Below, piece after piece: positions 1 through 12,035 of a DNA stretch of 64,000 bases. The translations under genes and the position numbers were made by a program. The DNA is from Centroscyllium fabricii. Taxonomy: Eukaryota. The notes below the pieces were generated by a model. The model made no database searches and was not told where the DNA came from. It saw only the letters and a program-made list of their open reading frames with translations. The stretch is taken from the NCBI GenBank assembly GCA_051313645.2, contig JBNRSN020000006.1, positions 282,906,001-282,970,000 on the forward strand, written 5' to 3'. Within the stretch, counting starts at the first letter, position 1. Every line of letters starts with the position of its first letter.

Positions 1-31
1 CATGTCAAGTACTGTGTATCTTCCTGCCATC

Positions 32-314
32 TGACGTATCGTCGATAAGACAAAGACGAGTAGTTACCTTAACTATAAGGCTTTTAATCACTTAAGAATG
101 GAGCTAGTCTCCAGTCGAACATCGAGTACAGAATGAATGGGGGCAGGTCAGACCTCACCTATAAGGCTCTCACCTGAGGGGAGGAGTTAGAGGTGTGGCT
201 GACCTGACCTCGCGACAGTGTCCTTATACAATACTATATACAGTGCACCCAGCCACTATACATGCTGGTCTGTAGTGTAACCCAACTATATACAATGGTA
301 ATATGATTACCACA
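32..314. mobile_element. Solo LTR of an LTR retrotransposon (Gypsy-like)
   Basis: TG...CA termini flanked by a perfect 5-bp direct repeat CCATC (27-31, 315-319); architecture resembles the second solo LTR at 22775-23003. Confidence 0.7.
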
Positions 315-348
315 CCATCCATCATTACCCAATATTTGTTTTTACAAA

Positions 349-707
349 GTCATGGAGTCATAACGTTTTACAGCACAGAAAGCGGCCCATCGCATCCGCG
401 CCGGCCATCAAACCCTGTCTATTCTAATCCCATTTTCCAGCATTTGGTCCGTAGCCTTGTATGCTATGGCATTTCAAGTGCTCATCCAAATGCTTCTTGA
501 ATGTTGTGAGGGTTCCTGCCTCTACCACTCTTTCAGGCAGCGAGTTCCAGATTCCAACCACCCTCTGGGTGAAAAAGTTCCTCCTCAAATCCCCTCTAAA
601 CCTCCTGCCCCTTACCTTGAAACTATGGCCCCTGGTTATTGATCCGTACTTAGGGAAAACGTTCCTTTCTATCTACCCTATCTGTGCCCCTCATAAGCTT
701 GTACGCC
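349..707 (-). mobile_element. CR1 (HER1-type) LINE 3' fragment
   Basis: Near-identical reverse complement of the CR1 3' end at ~38170-38495 (encodes ...FTQRVVGIWNSLPERVVEAGTLTTFKKHLDEHLKCHSIQG). Confidence 0.85.
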
Positions 708-779
708 TCAGTCAGATCCAATAGTTACAGCAATACATATTCTTCAGTGTATCTGTCTCCAAACTGTTTTTTAACCTAT

Positions 780-994
780 ACCAGATCAGTAATGGGCAAG
801 ATTGATGGCAGACCGAAAAGGTACACTAACTGCAATCACAATCTATGGCTTTATATTGAAGCATTTTAATAAAAATGTAAAACTTTTATTTATTTCTTTA
901 AAAATTTCGGGCAAGTGAAATTTGTGTTTGGACAAGTGTTTCAGAAATCCACTTGCCCAACTGGGCAAGTGAAATTTTTTTTTTGGAGCACCCT
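780..994. mobile_element. Probable hAT DNA-transposon terminal remnant
   Basis: Repeated GGGCAAGTG subterminal motifs ending in GGAGCACCCTG (CAGGG-type hAT terminus); the other end was not identified. Confidence 0.35.
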
Positions 995-1059
995 GCTTTA
1001 ATAAGGGCTGTTTCGGTACTGTGGTAAGGTGGAAACCGGATTGGAGGCATTCAAACAAA

Positions 1060-1308
1060 GAATTGCGGGAACAAATTCCCCAGCTCTTCTTTGAATAGTG
1101 CTATGGGGTTTTTACGTCCATCTGAGAGGGCAGAAGTGGCCTCAGTTAAACATCTCATCTGATAAATGCACTTCAGACAACATCTCCCTTAGTTCTCCAC
1201 CTAAGTTTCAGCCTAGATTGTGTGTTCAAGTCTCTGGAGTGGGAATTGAATCCACAACATTCTGACTCCGAGGTGAGAGTGCTACCGCTTTGCCAAGGCT
1301 GACACCTT
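1060..1308 (-). mobile_element. tRNA-derived Deu-domain SINE (SacSINE1/AmnSINE-like)
   Basis: Reverse complement of the tRNA-like head and Deu-core motifs seen at 3707-3912. Confidence 0.7.
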
Positions 1309-1313
1309 ACATA

Positions 1314-2705
1314 AACAAGCTCCATCTCACCATCAAACTCACCATGGACTACTCCTCAGAATCGGTTTCATTCTTGGACACACGAATCTCCATCAAAAAC
1401 GGACACCTCAGCACGTCCCTCTACCGCAAACCCACGGACAACCTCAGGATGCTCCACTACTCCAGCTTCCACCCAAACCACGTTAAAGAAGCCATCCCCT
1501 ATGGACAAGCCCTGCGAATACACAGGATCTGCTCAGATGAGGAGGAACGCGACGGACACCTACAGACACTGAAAGACGCCCTCGTAAGAACGGGATATGA
1601 CACTCGACTCATCGATCGACAGTTCCTATGGGCCACAACGAAAAATCGTATAGACCTCCTCAGAAGACGACCACGGGACACAACCAACAGAGTACCCTTT
1701 GTCGTCCAGTACTTCCCCGGAGCGGAGAAACTGCGCCATGTTCTTCGCAGCCTTCAACATATCATTGATGACGATGAACACCTCGCTAAGGCCATCCCCA
1801 CGCCTCCACTACTCGCCTTCAAACAGCCACCTAACCTCAAACAGACTATCGTTCGCAGCAAATTACCCAGCCTTCAGGAGAACAGCAACCACGACACCAC
1901 ACAACCCTGCCACAGCAACCTCTGCAAAACGTGCCAAATCATCAGCACAGATGCCATCATCACACATGAGGGCACCACACACCAGGTACATGGTACATAC
2001 TCATGTAACTCGACCAATGTTGTCTACCTCATACGTTGCAGGAAAGGATGCCCCGGGGCATGGTACACCGGCGAGACCATGCAGACACTTCAACAACGGA
2101 TGAACAGACACCGCACAACAATTGTCAGGCAGGAATGTTCCCTCCCAGTCGGGGAACATTTCAGCAGTGAAGGATATTCAGCCTCCAATCTTCAGGCAAG
2201 CATTCTCCAAGACGGCCTTCGAGACACACAACGCAAAATCATCGAGCAGAGGCTGATAGCCAAATTCCGCACCCATGAGGACGGTCTCAACTGTGATATT
2301 GGCTTCATGTCATGCTGCATGTGACCCTGCCTGACGTAGAGTCATCCAGACTAGGGACATCTTTGTCTTGTAAAGAAATTCCTTTTTTTTAAAAAATCAT
2401 TCTGTGTGTTTTGCAGCATTTGACCCCTTGCGACTGTGCCTCATTGCTCTCAGACTGATGTGTTAAAATATGTTAATACGCCTTTGTGTGCTCTGTCTAT
2501 CTCTGCTAAGGTGAGATGTGGGAGAGATCGGATTTCTCCCTTCCTCCCATATGTGCACTCTTTAAGTCAGTCTCTCTTTCACCTGACGAAGGGGCAGAAG
2601 CTACGAAAGCTTGTGATTTCAAATAAAACTGTTGGACTATAACCTGGTGTTGTGTGACTTCTTGCAATTGTCCACCCCAGTCCAACACCGGCACCTCCAC
2701 ATCAT
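1314..2705 (+). mobile_element. Penelope-like element, 5'-truncated (RT C-terminus + GIY-YIG endonuclease + pLTR)
   Basis: ORF 1290-2324 has FLDTRI..LYRKPTD..HP..IPYGQALRIHRICS and GIY-YIG features (NVVYLIRC..YTGET..RMNRH..HF..E..GLN); imperfect TSD ACCTTA(C/T)ATA at 1304-1313 and 2706-2715. Confidence 0.92.
2579..2616 (+). ncRNA. Minimal type I hammerhead ribozyme in Penelope pLTR
   Basis: TCAC-CTGACGA-A-GGGGC-AGAA-GCTAC-GAAA-GCTT-GTGA: CUGANGA and GAAA core, stem I UCAC/GUGA, stem II with one mismatch, palindromic AGCU stem III. Confidence 0.75.
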
Positions 2706-2771
2706 ACCTTATATAGGGTGCAACAAAAGGAAGAAGAATGAATTAACTTGTGCTACAAGTGTTTAAAAATA

Positions 2772-2940
2772 CAGGCCCGACACCGTTAATCCGGCACCGT
2801 CGGGACCAGGCCGGTGCCGGACTAGTGAAAATATTTAAATGGTCTGCGCATGCGCTCGCCGAAGCATCAGTCGTTCAGATGTTTCACTAGTCCAGCACCG
2901 GCCTGGTCCCAACGGTGCCGGATTAACGGTGTCGGACCTG
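2772..2940. mobile_element. Short Tigger/pogo-like MITE
   Basis: Long TIRs CAGG(C/T)CCGACACCGTTAATCCGGCACCG..., TA on both flanks. Confidence 0.8.
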
Positions 2941-3519
2941 TACTTTGTGGTTCCACCCATAGTCCTTCAACTATCGATATTATTGGACATCCTGTGATCT
3001 CCAGGACAAGTCCCACATCTCATCCATTGCTGAAGATGTCTTCAAATACTCCTTTTCCTATCCAAATACCCCTACTGTCAGCAGGGGTTAGGTTTAGGCT
3101 CAGTTACGATTGTTCTCATAATTTTACAGCCAAACACTCACTGTTCAAGTTCAAATATGAAAATAGCCACTTGGAAGAGTTACTGTTCGTCTGCCAATGC
3201 CTATAAAAATTGCACCCCAGCAAAAGTCACTGCCTGACAGAAAGGAGGAGTGAGGGAGAAATGAACTGAGTATTGTCTGCAATTCAAGCCATAAACAAGG
3301 TGATTAGGTACAGTAGGCAATCCGACATCTTCTGCATTCACTGAACTTTCATCTCTAAATTATACTGAAATTGTGTAGTGCAGGAATCATTTCATACCTT
3401 TGTCACTGACTAACTCAATAGGAGTCTTGCATGTCCCTTTATTATTCTTCCCCCCTCTCCTCCCCCCCCCCCCCCGCAGATTTGGATTCCATTATACCTC
3501 TTTGCCATCAATTTCCTCA

Positions 3520-3700
3520 GTTCATATTTGCATGCGCAGAGCAGTCGGGGAGAGGCCCGGGCATGCGCAGCTAATCAAAATGGCCGCTGCGCATGCGCGG
3601 CGGCCATTTTGTGCATGCGCAGACCAGTCGGGGAGAGGCTCGGATTCCGGCCGGACAACTGCAGTTTCCGGATTAACGGTGTCCGGATTAATGGTGCCGA
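3520..3700. mobile_element. Partial Tigger-like MITE
   Basis: GCATGCGC and AAAATGGC motifs plus CGGATTAACGGTG terminal-like sequence shared with the complete copies. Confidence 0.55.
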
Positions 3701-3706
3701 ATGATG

Positions 3707-3912
3707 AGCTGTGGCTCAATTGGTAGCATACTCGCTTCTGAGTCAGAGGTTTGTGGGTTCAAGACCCACTCCAGGGACATGAGCACATAAAGCTAGGCTG
3801 ATACTGCAGTGCAGTGCTGCACCGTCATTGTAGGTGCCGTCTTTCAGATGAGACGTTAAACCGAGGCCCCGTCTGCCCTCTCAGGGGACGTAATAGATCC
3901 CACGGCACTATT
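3707..3912 (+). mobile_element. tRNA-derived Deu-domain SINE (SacSINE1-like), 3'-truncated
   Basis: A box TGGCTCAATTGG, B box GGTTCAAGACC, Deu core GCCGTCTTTCAGATGAGACGTTAAACCGAGGCCCCGTCTGCCCTCTCAGG. Confidence 0.75.
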
Positions 3913-4200
3913 TAAGGGGTAGGCCATTCAGGACAGAGATGAGGAAGAAATTCTTCACCCAGAGAGTGGTAAATCTGTGGAATTCTCTACCACAGAATGT
4001 AGTTGAGGCCAAGTCATTAAATATATTCAAGAAGGAGTTAGATATAGTTCTTAGAGCTAAAGTTATCAAGGGATATGGGGAGAAGGCAAGTACGGGGTAC
4101 TGAATTTGGATGATCAGCCATGATCTCATCGAATGGCGGAGCAGGCTCGAGGGGCCGAATGGCCTACTCCTGCTCCTATCTTCTATGTATCTATTCTATG
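3913..4200 (+). mobile_element. CR1 LINE 3' fragment
   Basis: Encodes RPFRTEMRKKFFTQRVVNLWNSLP; CR1 3' UTR ending TTCTATG. Confidence 0.85.
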
Positions 4201-4212
4201 GACCTGTACTAG

Positions 4213-4819
4213 GGGGGGGAAATTTGGTTGCTTGTGCCAGCTGTTAGCGCCCTAAGAGGGCTGCTAATGGGGCGCAAGGCACCTAGCGCCTCCCGCAATA
4301 TTCAGCCGGGTACTGGCGGCGGCGGCAGCCGGTTGCGCCCCGCCGCCAGCAATGACGTCATCGCCGTGCGCAATGCCCCGCCTGCGCCCGGCCGTGAACT
4401 TCAGTTGTGCCCGCTGACGTACTGCCGGACGCCGTCACCGACAGGGGGGCGTACTTGCAGCTGGGGCAGCGCTATTTAAAGGGGGGGGGCTGCCGGACGG
4501 CCATTTTTCTTGCTGGCTGACTCCTTTGGTGGCATCGCGAGCCCTGGCGCGCTAGGACACTCCCCTTTAAGAAGGGGAGTGAGGCCTGCAGTACCGCGGC
4601 GCGGCGCTCTGCAGAGTGTGGCGCTGCGGCAAGCAGTCGCCTGCAATTGAGTGGTAGCGTCCAAGGAACGAGGTGAGGCGCCTGCAGTTGCGTCCCACCT
4701 CCTACTTGGGGCGCTAAAACCCAATTTCTGGCAGAGCGCCGCTAACTTTTTCGGGGCGCTAAAAGTAGCGCCCTGCCGAGGTTAGCGCCCCAAACGGGGC
4801 GCAACCCAATTTTTCCCCC
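4213..4819. mobile_element. GC-rich PIF/Harbinger-type MITE
   Basis: Termini GGGG..AAATT / AATTTTTCCCC, CTAG on both flanks, internal TAGCGCCC repeats; same family as 5445-6212 in opposite orientation. Confidence 0.65.
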
Positions 4820-5444
4820 TAGGTCTATACCAGTGCATACTTGGAAAAAAGTCAAAATAGCCCTGTGAATTGCTTCAAGTATTCTGTAGCACATTGCCGA
4901 TTCCCTGTACAAAAAAAACTACTGATAGATGTAATTGCAAAAGAATTATCGGAGTTGCTCGCCTATCCTGGATGCTGACTGATTAAAAATCTTGCACTAC
5001 ATGGGTTACATCAAATAAAATAAGTTCTCTATCAAGGGACATGATTAAGGACTGTAATTTACTTCAGATATTGCAAGTCATTGATCTGCTGGTGCAAGTC
5101 ACTAAGGTAATACCTATTGAAAACCTTTTGAGATTTCCAAGAATAATTCCGTATGATGTTTAAATTCCACGAACAAAAAATTAATGAGTTAGGAAAGAGT
5201 AACATCTGGAGAGCACCAAAGTAAAGCAACAATTAAGGCCTGCACACACTATGCAGGGAAAATCACAAAACTTTGACCAAGCAGGAGGTAGAGGTCCAAT
5301 CAAGATTTTCATTAGATATTATAGAGGAGATAATGATCAGATCTGCAACATTTCTTATGTTGCCCAATTGGTCAGAAATCTCATTTTATGGTGATTATGT
5401 TTGGCACGTTCAATTTTCTGGTTCAAAGACGTGTTACAGGCAAT

Positions 5445-6212
5445 GGGGAAAAATTGAGTGGCGCCCCCTTTTGGGCGTTAACATCGGCGGGGCGCCACTT
5501 TTAGCGCCCCGAAAAAGTTTGCGCCGTTCTGCCCCAAATTCAGTTGTAGCGCCCCGAGCAGGAGGTGCGGAGCTCCTGCAAGCGCTCCACCTCGTTCCTG
5601 GGGCGCTGCAACTGAATATTTTGGCGCTGTGTGCCGCAGCGCCACGCTCCGCGGCACGTCGCGCCGCGGTACTGCAGCCCCTCCTCCCCTTCTGAAAGGA
5701 GAGGGGGCCTAGCGCAGCACGACCCAGGGACCAGCTCAGCCAAGGAGATCGGAGTGCCGGCAAAAGAGCCCGACCCTCGAGAGAAGTGCCGGGCTCACGG
5801 AGCGCAGCCGGCACTCCGCTGGGCGGGGGGGGGGGCTGCAGAGGAGGCCGGGGGCGGCAGAGGGGGCAGGTGCTGGCAGGCGGCCAGCAACAAAAATGGC
5901 CACCCGGCACCGCTCCTTTAACTTGCGCTGCCCCGGCTGCAAGTACGCCCCCCTGACCCTGTCGGACAAAGCGTCCGGCGGTAAGTCAGGGGGCGCGACT
6001 GCAGATCGCAGCCGGGGCGCTGCGCAAGGCGATGACGTCATCGCCGGTGGCGCAGCACCACGGGGCGCTAACGGCTACCGCCGCCGCCAGCCTCCTGCTG
6101 AATTTCACGGGAGGCGTGGGCAGCGCCATGCCCAGGCGCCAGGTGCTTTGCGCCCCATTAGCGCCCCTCTTAGGGCGCCAATGGCTGGCGCAAGCAACCC
6201 AATTTCTCGTCC
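5445..6212. mobile_element. GC-rich PIF/Harbinger-type MITE
   Basis: Termini GGGGAAAAATTG / CAATTTCTCGTCC with AAT on both flanks; homologous to 4213-4819. Confidence 0.65.
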
Positions 6213-6234
6213 AATACATCTTCCCTCCACAGTA

Positions 6235-7348
6235 TTGTTTATTGAATCAGCTCATCTGCTGCTGAAACCTTCATCGATGCCTTCATTACCTCTGGACTCG
6301 ACTCTTTCAATGCTCACTGGCTGGCCTCCCACCTTGCACCCTCCGTAAACTTGAGCTCATCCAAAAACTCTGCCGCCCATATCCTAACTCGTCCCAAGTG
6401 CTCACCAATCTACATTGGTTCCCAGTCTGTCTGGCAACGCCTCGATTTTAAAATTATCCTCGTTTTCATATCCCTCTATTGCCTCGCCCCTCCCTATCTC
6501 TGTAAACTCCTCCAGCCCTACAACCCTCAAAATCTCTGCGCTCCATCCAATTCTGGCCTCTTGATCAGCCCCGATTTTCATCGCACCACCATTGGTGGCC
6601 GTGCCTCCAGCTGCCTAAGCCCGAAGCTCTGGAATTCCTAAACCTTGCCTTTAAAATGCTCCTTAAAATCTACCTCCACCTGTCCCAATATCTCCTTAAT
6701 TGGTTTGGTGTCAAATTTTGTTTGCTTAAGGCCCTGTCACACCTAGATGTTTTAGCCAGCGTATGCAAATTTGGCTAAAACGCTGGGTTACGTCGGATAC
6801 GTTATGGGTACGTTACGAGAACGCTGGGCATACGTTGCATACGTCGTTGTACTTCGAGTAAGTCCAGAATTTTTGACCATGCACAAAAAATCTCGACTTA
6901 TCCAGCGTATGACTCACACGTTCCGCATACGCTGGCCATACGTTGTAGGCACGTTAGGCGATCGTTGAACACACTTTACCTGTGCCCCTGTCATGCCCTG
7001 CCACAACTTGACGATTTAGTATGCCAACGTATCAAAATTTATCTAAAACGTCGGCGATACGCTGCCGCGCGCTATGCATACGTTAGACTATCGTTGGGCA
7101 TAAGTTGTGAACGCCGACAACACGCTAAGCATTCGTTGGTATAAGTTATCTGTAAGTTATCGATACGTTCTGTGTACGTTACTAATACGTTATGCATACG
7201 TTATGAATACGCTATTATACGCCCAAAACTGAAAAAAAGTCAAAAATTCAGCGTTTTAGCCAAATTTGCATACGCTGGCTAAAACGCCTAGGTGTGACAG
7301 GGCCTTAACACTCCTGTGACATTGAGATGGTTTACTGCGTTAGTCACT
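6235..7348 (+). mobile_element. L2 LINE 3' fragment, interrupted by a MITE
   Basis: Degenerate L2 RT C-terminus (AETFIDAFITSGLD, LHW, RLDFKI, LAPPYL, PKLWNS) and L2 tail TATATAAATGCAAGTTGTTG. Confidence 0.75.
6730..7304. mobile_element. TTAA-flanked MITE (Kolobok- or Harbinger-type)
   Basis: ~56-bp near-perfect TIRs GGCCCTGTCACACCTAG...; TTAA at 6726-6729 and 7305-7308; internal ATACGTT repeats. Confidence 0.85.
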
Positions 7349-8297
7349 ATATAAATGCAAGTTGTTGCTGATGAAGAATATTTATGTAATTAAATTCGGC
7401 ACTCTCTCAATAAAAGATCTTACATTAATAGCGCCAAATCATTTTTTTTTTTAAGAAAGCCCCTCATGTTCTTGAATTGTGTAGTTACTATTGTTATGCG
7501 ATTCAATAGCCGTGACAAAATCTAGCTGTGGAATTTCACAGAAATTGCAGTGCAGAAGACAGCCATTCAGCCCATCATGATTGTACGAATGCTAATTCTA
7601 CATCAGAGCTGTCTACTTTAATCCTTACTAGTACTCCAATATTTTTCTTCAAGTGTGATTGATCCAGCGCTGATAGCCACTTGTAAAGTAATTAATATTT
7701 TAACAGCCCTGAGCAAGGAAAAAAACTCTTCTACCTGACTCATTTCCTATTTCCAAGAATATTTCATCGCTAATCTTCCTCCGCATTGTGGTGTATATGC
7801 AGACCATTCAACCTTGGTGAGTTAGGAACTTGGTTTTTATTTTTCTATTTGTATTTATAAAATTAGAAGCTTTGAATCTCGAGTCCATTTTTTGAGTCAA
7901 ATGTAACCAAGTTGGTAAATTTTTCTCCAAATCCGCCATTTAGAAAAAGGAATCAATCAATCAAATGAATGAGGGAATTCAGAACAAGAGAACATAATCT
8001 TAAAATTAAATCTAGACCATTTAGAAGTGAAATCAGAAGATGCTTTTTCCACAGAAAATAATCTGGAAGAGACTCCCTAAAAGGCTGTGAATGCTGGGTC
8101 AATTGAAATTAAGATCAATAAATCTGTGTCAGGTCAGGGCATCAAGGGATATGTAACAAAGGAGGGTAAATGCAGTTGAAGTACAGATCTAATGTGGAGT
8201 TGCCGGTGTTGGACTGGGGTGGACAAATGCAAGTCACCACACAACACCAGATTATAGTCCAACAGTTTTATTTTAAATCACAAGCTTTCGGAGCTTC

Positions 8298-10960
8298 ATA
8301 GAATCATAGAAGATAGGAGCAGGAGTAGGCCATTCAGCCCTTCGAGCCTGCTCCGCCATTCAATGAGATCATGGCTGATCTTTAGCAAGCTAGTACCCCG
8401 TCCCCGCCTTTTCTCCATAACCTTTAATCCCTTTAGCTTGAAGAAATATATCCAATTCCCTCTTGAATATGTTTAATGAACTGGCCTCCACCGCCCTCTG
8501 TGGCAGGGAATTCCACAGGCCCACCACTCTCTGAGTGAAGAAATTCTTCCTCATGTCTGTCCTAAATGGTTTACCCCTTATCCTTAGACTGTGGCCCCTG
8601 GTTCTGGACTCCCCCGCCATTGGAAACATTCTCTCTGAATCTAACCTGTCCAGACCTTTCAGAATTTTATACGTCTCAATGAGATCACCTCTCAATCTTC
8701 TAAACTCCAACGAGTACAAGCCCAGACTACACAATCTCTCCTCATAGGTCATTCCTGCCATTCCCGGAATCAGCCTGGTGAAACGCCGCTGCACTCCTTC
8801 CATGGCAAGAACATCCTTCCTCAGGCGAGGCGACCAGAACTGTACACAATACTCGAGGTGTGGTCTCACCAGTGCCTTGTACAGCTGCAGTAAGGTATCC
8901 TTATTCCTATACTCGAACCCTCTTGATATGAAGGCCAACATACCATTTGCCTTCCTAACCGCCTGCTGCACCTGCGTGCTCGCCTTCAGCGACAGGTGCA
9001 CAAGAACACCCAGGTCTCTCTGCACCTCCCCATCTCCCAATCTATTGCCATTTAAGTAGTAATCTACCCTCCTGTTTTTGCCCCCAAAGTGGATAACCTC
9101 ACATTTATCCACATTATAGTGCATCTGCCATCTATCTGCCCAGTCCCCCAACTTATCCAAATCTCCCTGTAACTTCCTGACACCCTCTTCAGAGCCTGCT
9201 CCCCCTCCTAGTTTGGTGTCATCCGCGAATTTGGAGATACAGGTTGAGCACCGTTAATCTGTGTCCCGAATAGCCGGCAGCTTCAGTCTGCCGGCACAAA
9301 TTGCCCCAACTGCACTGCGCATGCGCAAAATGGCAGCCCCCATCGTGGCTTCAGCGAATGATCTGCGCATGCGCCGAGCGCATGCGCAGATCATTCAAAA
9401 CAGCTGCGGGTGTTTTGAATGATCTGCGCATGCGTCACCGGACGGTTAGCGCATGCGCAGATAATTCAATACGGCCGCCCGTTATTTTCTCGACAGCTGA
9501 GCCCCGTGACTGAGGCGGACAGTCACTAGGCAACAGCTGTCAGCCTGAGTCCCGCTCGGCGGCAGCAGCAACCCCAAAGGCGATGGAGAGGGACGGCGGA
9601 CCCGGGCCCGATCTGCGCATGCGCGCGCCAGCCAATCGCAATGCTGCGCGCAGCCATTTTGACTGGCGCGCATGCGCAGTGTCCAAACTCGTTCTCCCGG
9701 TTTTTTCCATTTCCCGGCACGGGCCTGGTCCCGCCCGTGCCCGATTAACGGTGCTCAACCTGTATTACATTCAATTCCCTGATCCAGATCATTAATATAT
9801 ATTGTAAACAGCTGAGGTCCCAGGACAGACCCCTGCGGTACTCCACTAGTCACCGGCTGCCACTCAGAAAACGAGCCGTTAATTCCAACTCTCTGTTTTC
9901 TGTCTGCCAACCAGTTCTCTATCCACATCAAAACTTTGCCCCCAATCCCATGAGCCTTAATTTTACATGCTAATCTTTTATGTGGAACCTTATCGAAGGC
10001 TTTCTGGAAGTCAAGGTGCACCACATCTACTGGCTCTCCCCCATCTATTTTCCGAGTTACTTCCTCAAAGAATTCCAATAGATTAGTTAAACATGATTTA
10101 CCTTTTGTAAATCCATGTTGACTCTGTCCGATCTCATCCCTAATTGTCAAATGCTCCGAGATTACATCCTTGATAATGGACTCGAGCATTTTGCCCACTA
10201 CTGATGTAAGGCTTACTGGTCTATAATTCCCTGCTTTCTCTCTGCCCCCCTTTTTAAATAGTGGGGTAACATTAGCCACCCTCCAATCCGTGGGTACTGA
10301 TCCAGAGTCTATCGAGTTCTGGAAAATGATCCTTAAAGCACCCTCTATTTCCAGGGCTACCTCTTTAAGTACCCTAGGATGCAGATTATCAGGCCCTGGG
10401 GATTTGTCGGCCTTCAATCCCTTCAACTTCCCCAAAACCATCTCCCTAGAAATACTGATATCTGTTAGCTCCTCCCTTGCATTAGACCCTATGTTCGCTG
10501 CTATCCCTGGGAGGTTGCTTGTGTCCTCCTTTGTGAAAACAGTACCAAAATATGAATTTAGTTGGTCTGCCATTTCTTTATTCCCCATTATATATTCCCC
10601 TGAATCTGACTGCAAGGGACCGACTTGGGATTTTACCAATCTTTTCCTCTTGATGTACCTATAAAAGCTTTTGCAGTCAGTTTTTATGTTTGCCGCCAGC
10701 TTACATTCGTAATCTATCTTCCCCCTCCTGATTAATCCCTTTGTCTTCCTTTGCTGTATCCTGAACTGCTCCCAATCTTCCGGCCTAGTACTTTTTTTGG
10801 CCAATTGATATGCCCATTTTTTGGATTTAATGTTGTCCCTTATTTCCCTTGTTATCCACGGTTGAGTCACCTTTCTAGGTTTATTCTTATGCCAAACCGG
10901 TATGAACGAGTTCTGTATTTCTTCCATCCTATACTTGAATGCTTGCCATTGTCTATCCAC
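8298..10960 (-). mobile_element. CR1 LINE, 5'-truncated, RT region otherwise open (split by a MITE)
   Basis: ORFs 9755-10960 and 8390-9160 with [42 protein letters not shown]; TTCTATGA tail. Confidence 0.95.
9240..9762. mobile_element. Tigger4/Zombi (MER46)-like MITE
   Basis: TIR CAGGTTGAGCACCGTTAATC, TA TSD, inserted cleanly in the CR1 RT just before ISKFADD. Confidence 0.9.
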
Positions 10961-11403
10961 ATATGTGCGTTCTTTAAGTCAGTCTCTCTTTCACCTGTCG
11001 AAGGGGCAGAAGCTCCGAAAGCTTGTGATTTAAAATAAAACTGTTGGACTATAATCTGGTGTTGTGTGACTTCTTGCAGAAGTACAGATCAGCCATGATC
11101 TGACTGAATGGCAGAACAGGCTTGAGGGACTAAACGGCCTTAAAAAAAGTGCTGAACGCATTCTACGGTTCTATAAAGAATTTGGGACGACCCTAATTAA
11201 AAGATAACTTTTTGAATTACTTTCATCCCTCTCTGTGCTCTTACAGAACAAAGTTTGTTGAGTGAAAAATATAAAACTTTAAGAAAAGTACCACCAGCAA
11301 CAAAAATCTGACTGAAAACTTTCATTTTCCAGAACTACAGAATGGAAAGACTAAATGTTACAAATGCAATGTCTCTGCAGTAAATTCTAACTAAAATCTA
11401 ATA

Positions 11404-11918
11404 CAGGTTGAGCACCGTTAATCGGGCACGGGCGGGACCAGGCCCGTGCCGGGAAATGGAAAAAACCGGGAGAACGAGTTTGGACACTGCGCATGCGCGC
11501 CAGTCAAAATGGCTGCGCGCGATTGGCTGGCGCGCGCATGCGCAGATCGGGCCCGGGTCCGCCGTCCCTCTCCATCGCCTTTGGGGTTGCTGCTGCCGCC
11601 GAGCGGGACTCAGGCTGACAGCTGTTGCCTAGTGACTGTCCGCCTCAGTCACAGGGCTCAGCTGTCGAGAAAATAACGGGCGGCCGTATTGAATTATCTG
11701 CGCATGCGCTAACCGTCCGGTGACGCATGCGCAGATCATTCAAAACACCCGCAGCTGTTTTGAATGATCTGCGCATGCGCTCGGCGCATGCGCAGATCAT
11801 TCGCTGAAGCCACGATGGGGGCTGCCATTTTGCGCATGCGCAGTGCAGTCGGGGCAATTTGTGCCGGCAGACTGAAGCTGCCGGCTATTCGGGACGCGGA
11901 TTAACGGTGCTCAACCTG
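11404..11918. mobile_element. Tigger4/Zombi-like MITE (inverted near-identical copy of 9240-9762)
   Basis: Same TIRs, TA TSD. Confidence 0.9.
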
Positions 11919-12035
11919 TAGCTTACAGATTTGAAGATGTAACACATTTCTAATAGTCTATGAAAAGGTCATCTCTATGTTTCTAGACAGCATTTTAAAA
12001 AAATTAACAGTATTTTTGCAATTTGGAAGTAAATA

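Larger units (their letters stand above)
8190..11078. mobile_element. Penelope pLTR foldback insertion disrupted by a CR1
   Basis: Inverted pLTR arms at 8190-8297 and ~10958-11078; 12-bp TSD GAAGTACAGATC (8178-8189, 11079-11090); sits in an older CR1 3' end (~7950-11140). Confidence 0.8.

Noticed and set aside
4228-6348. Overlapping GC-rich ORFs suggesting a gene or CpG-island promoter
   Set aside because: Explained by two related GC-rich MITEs
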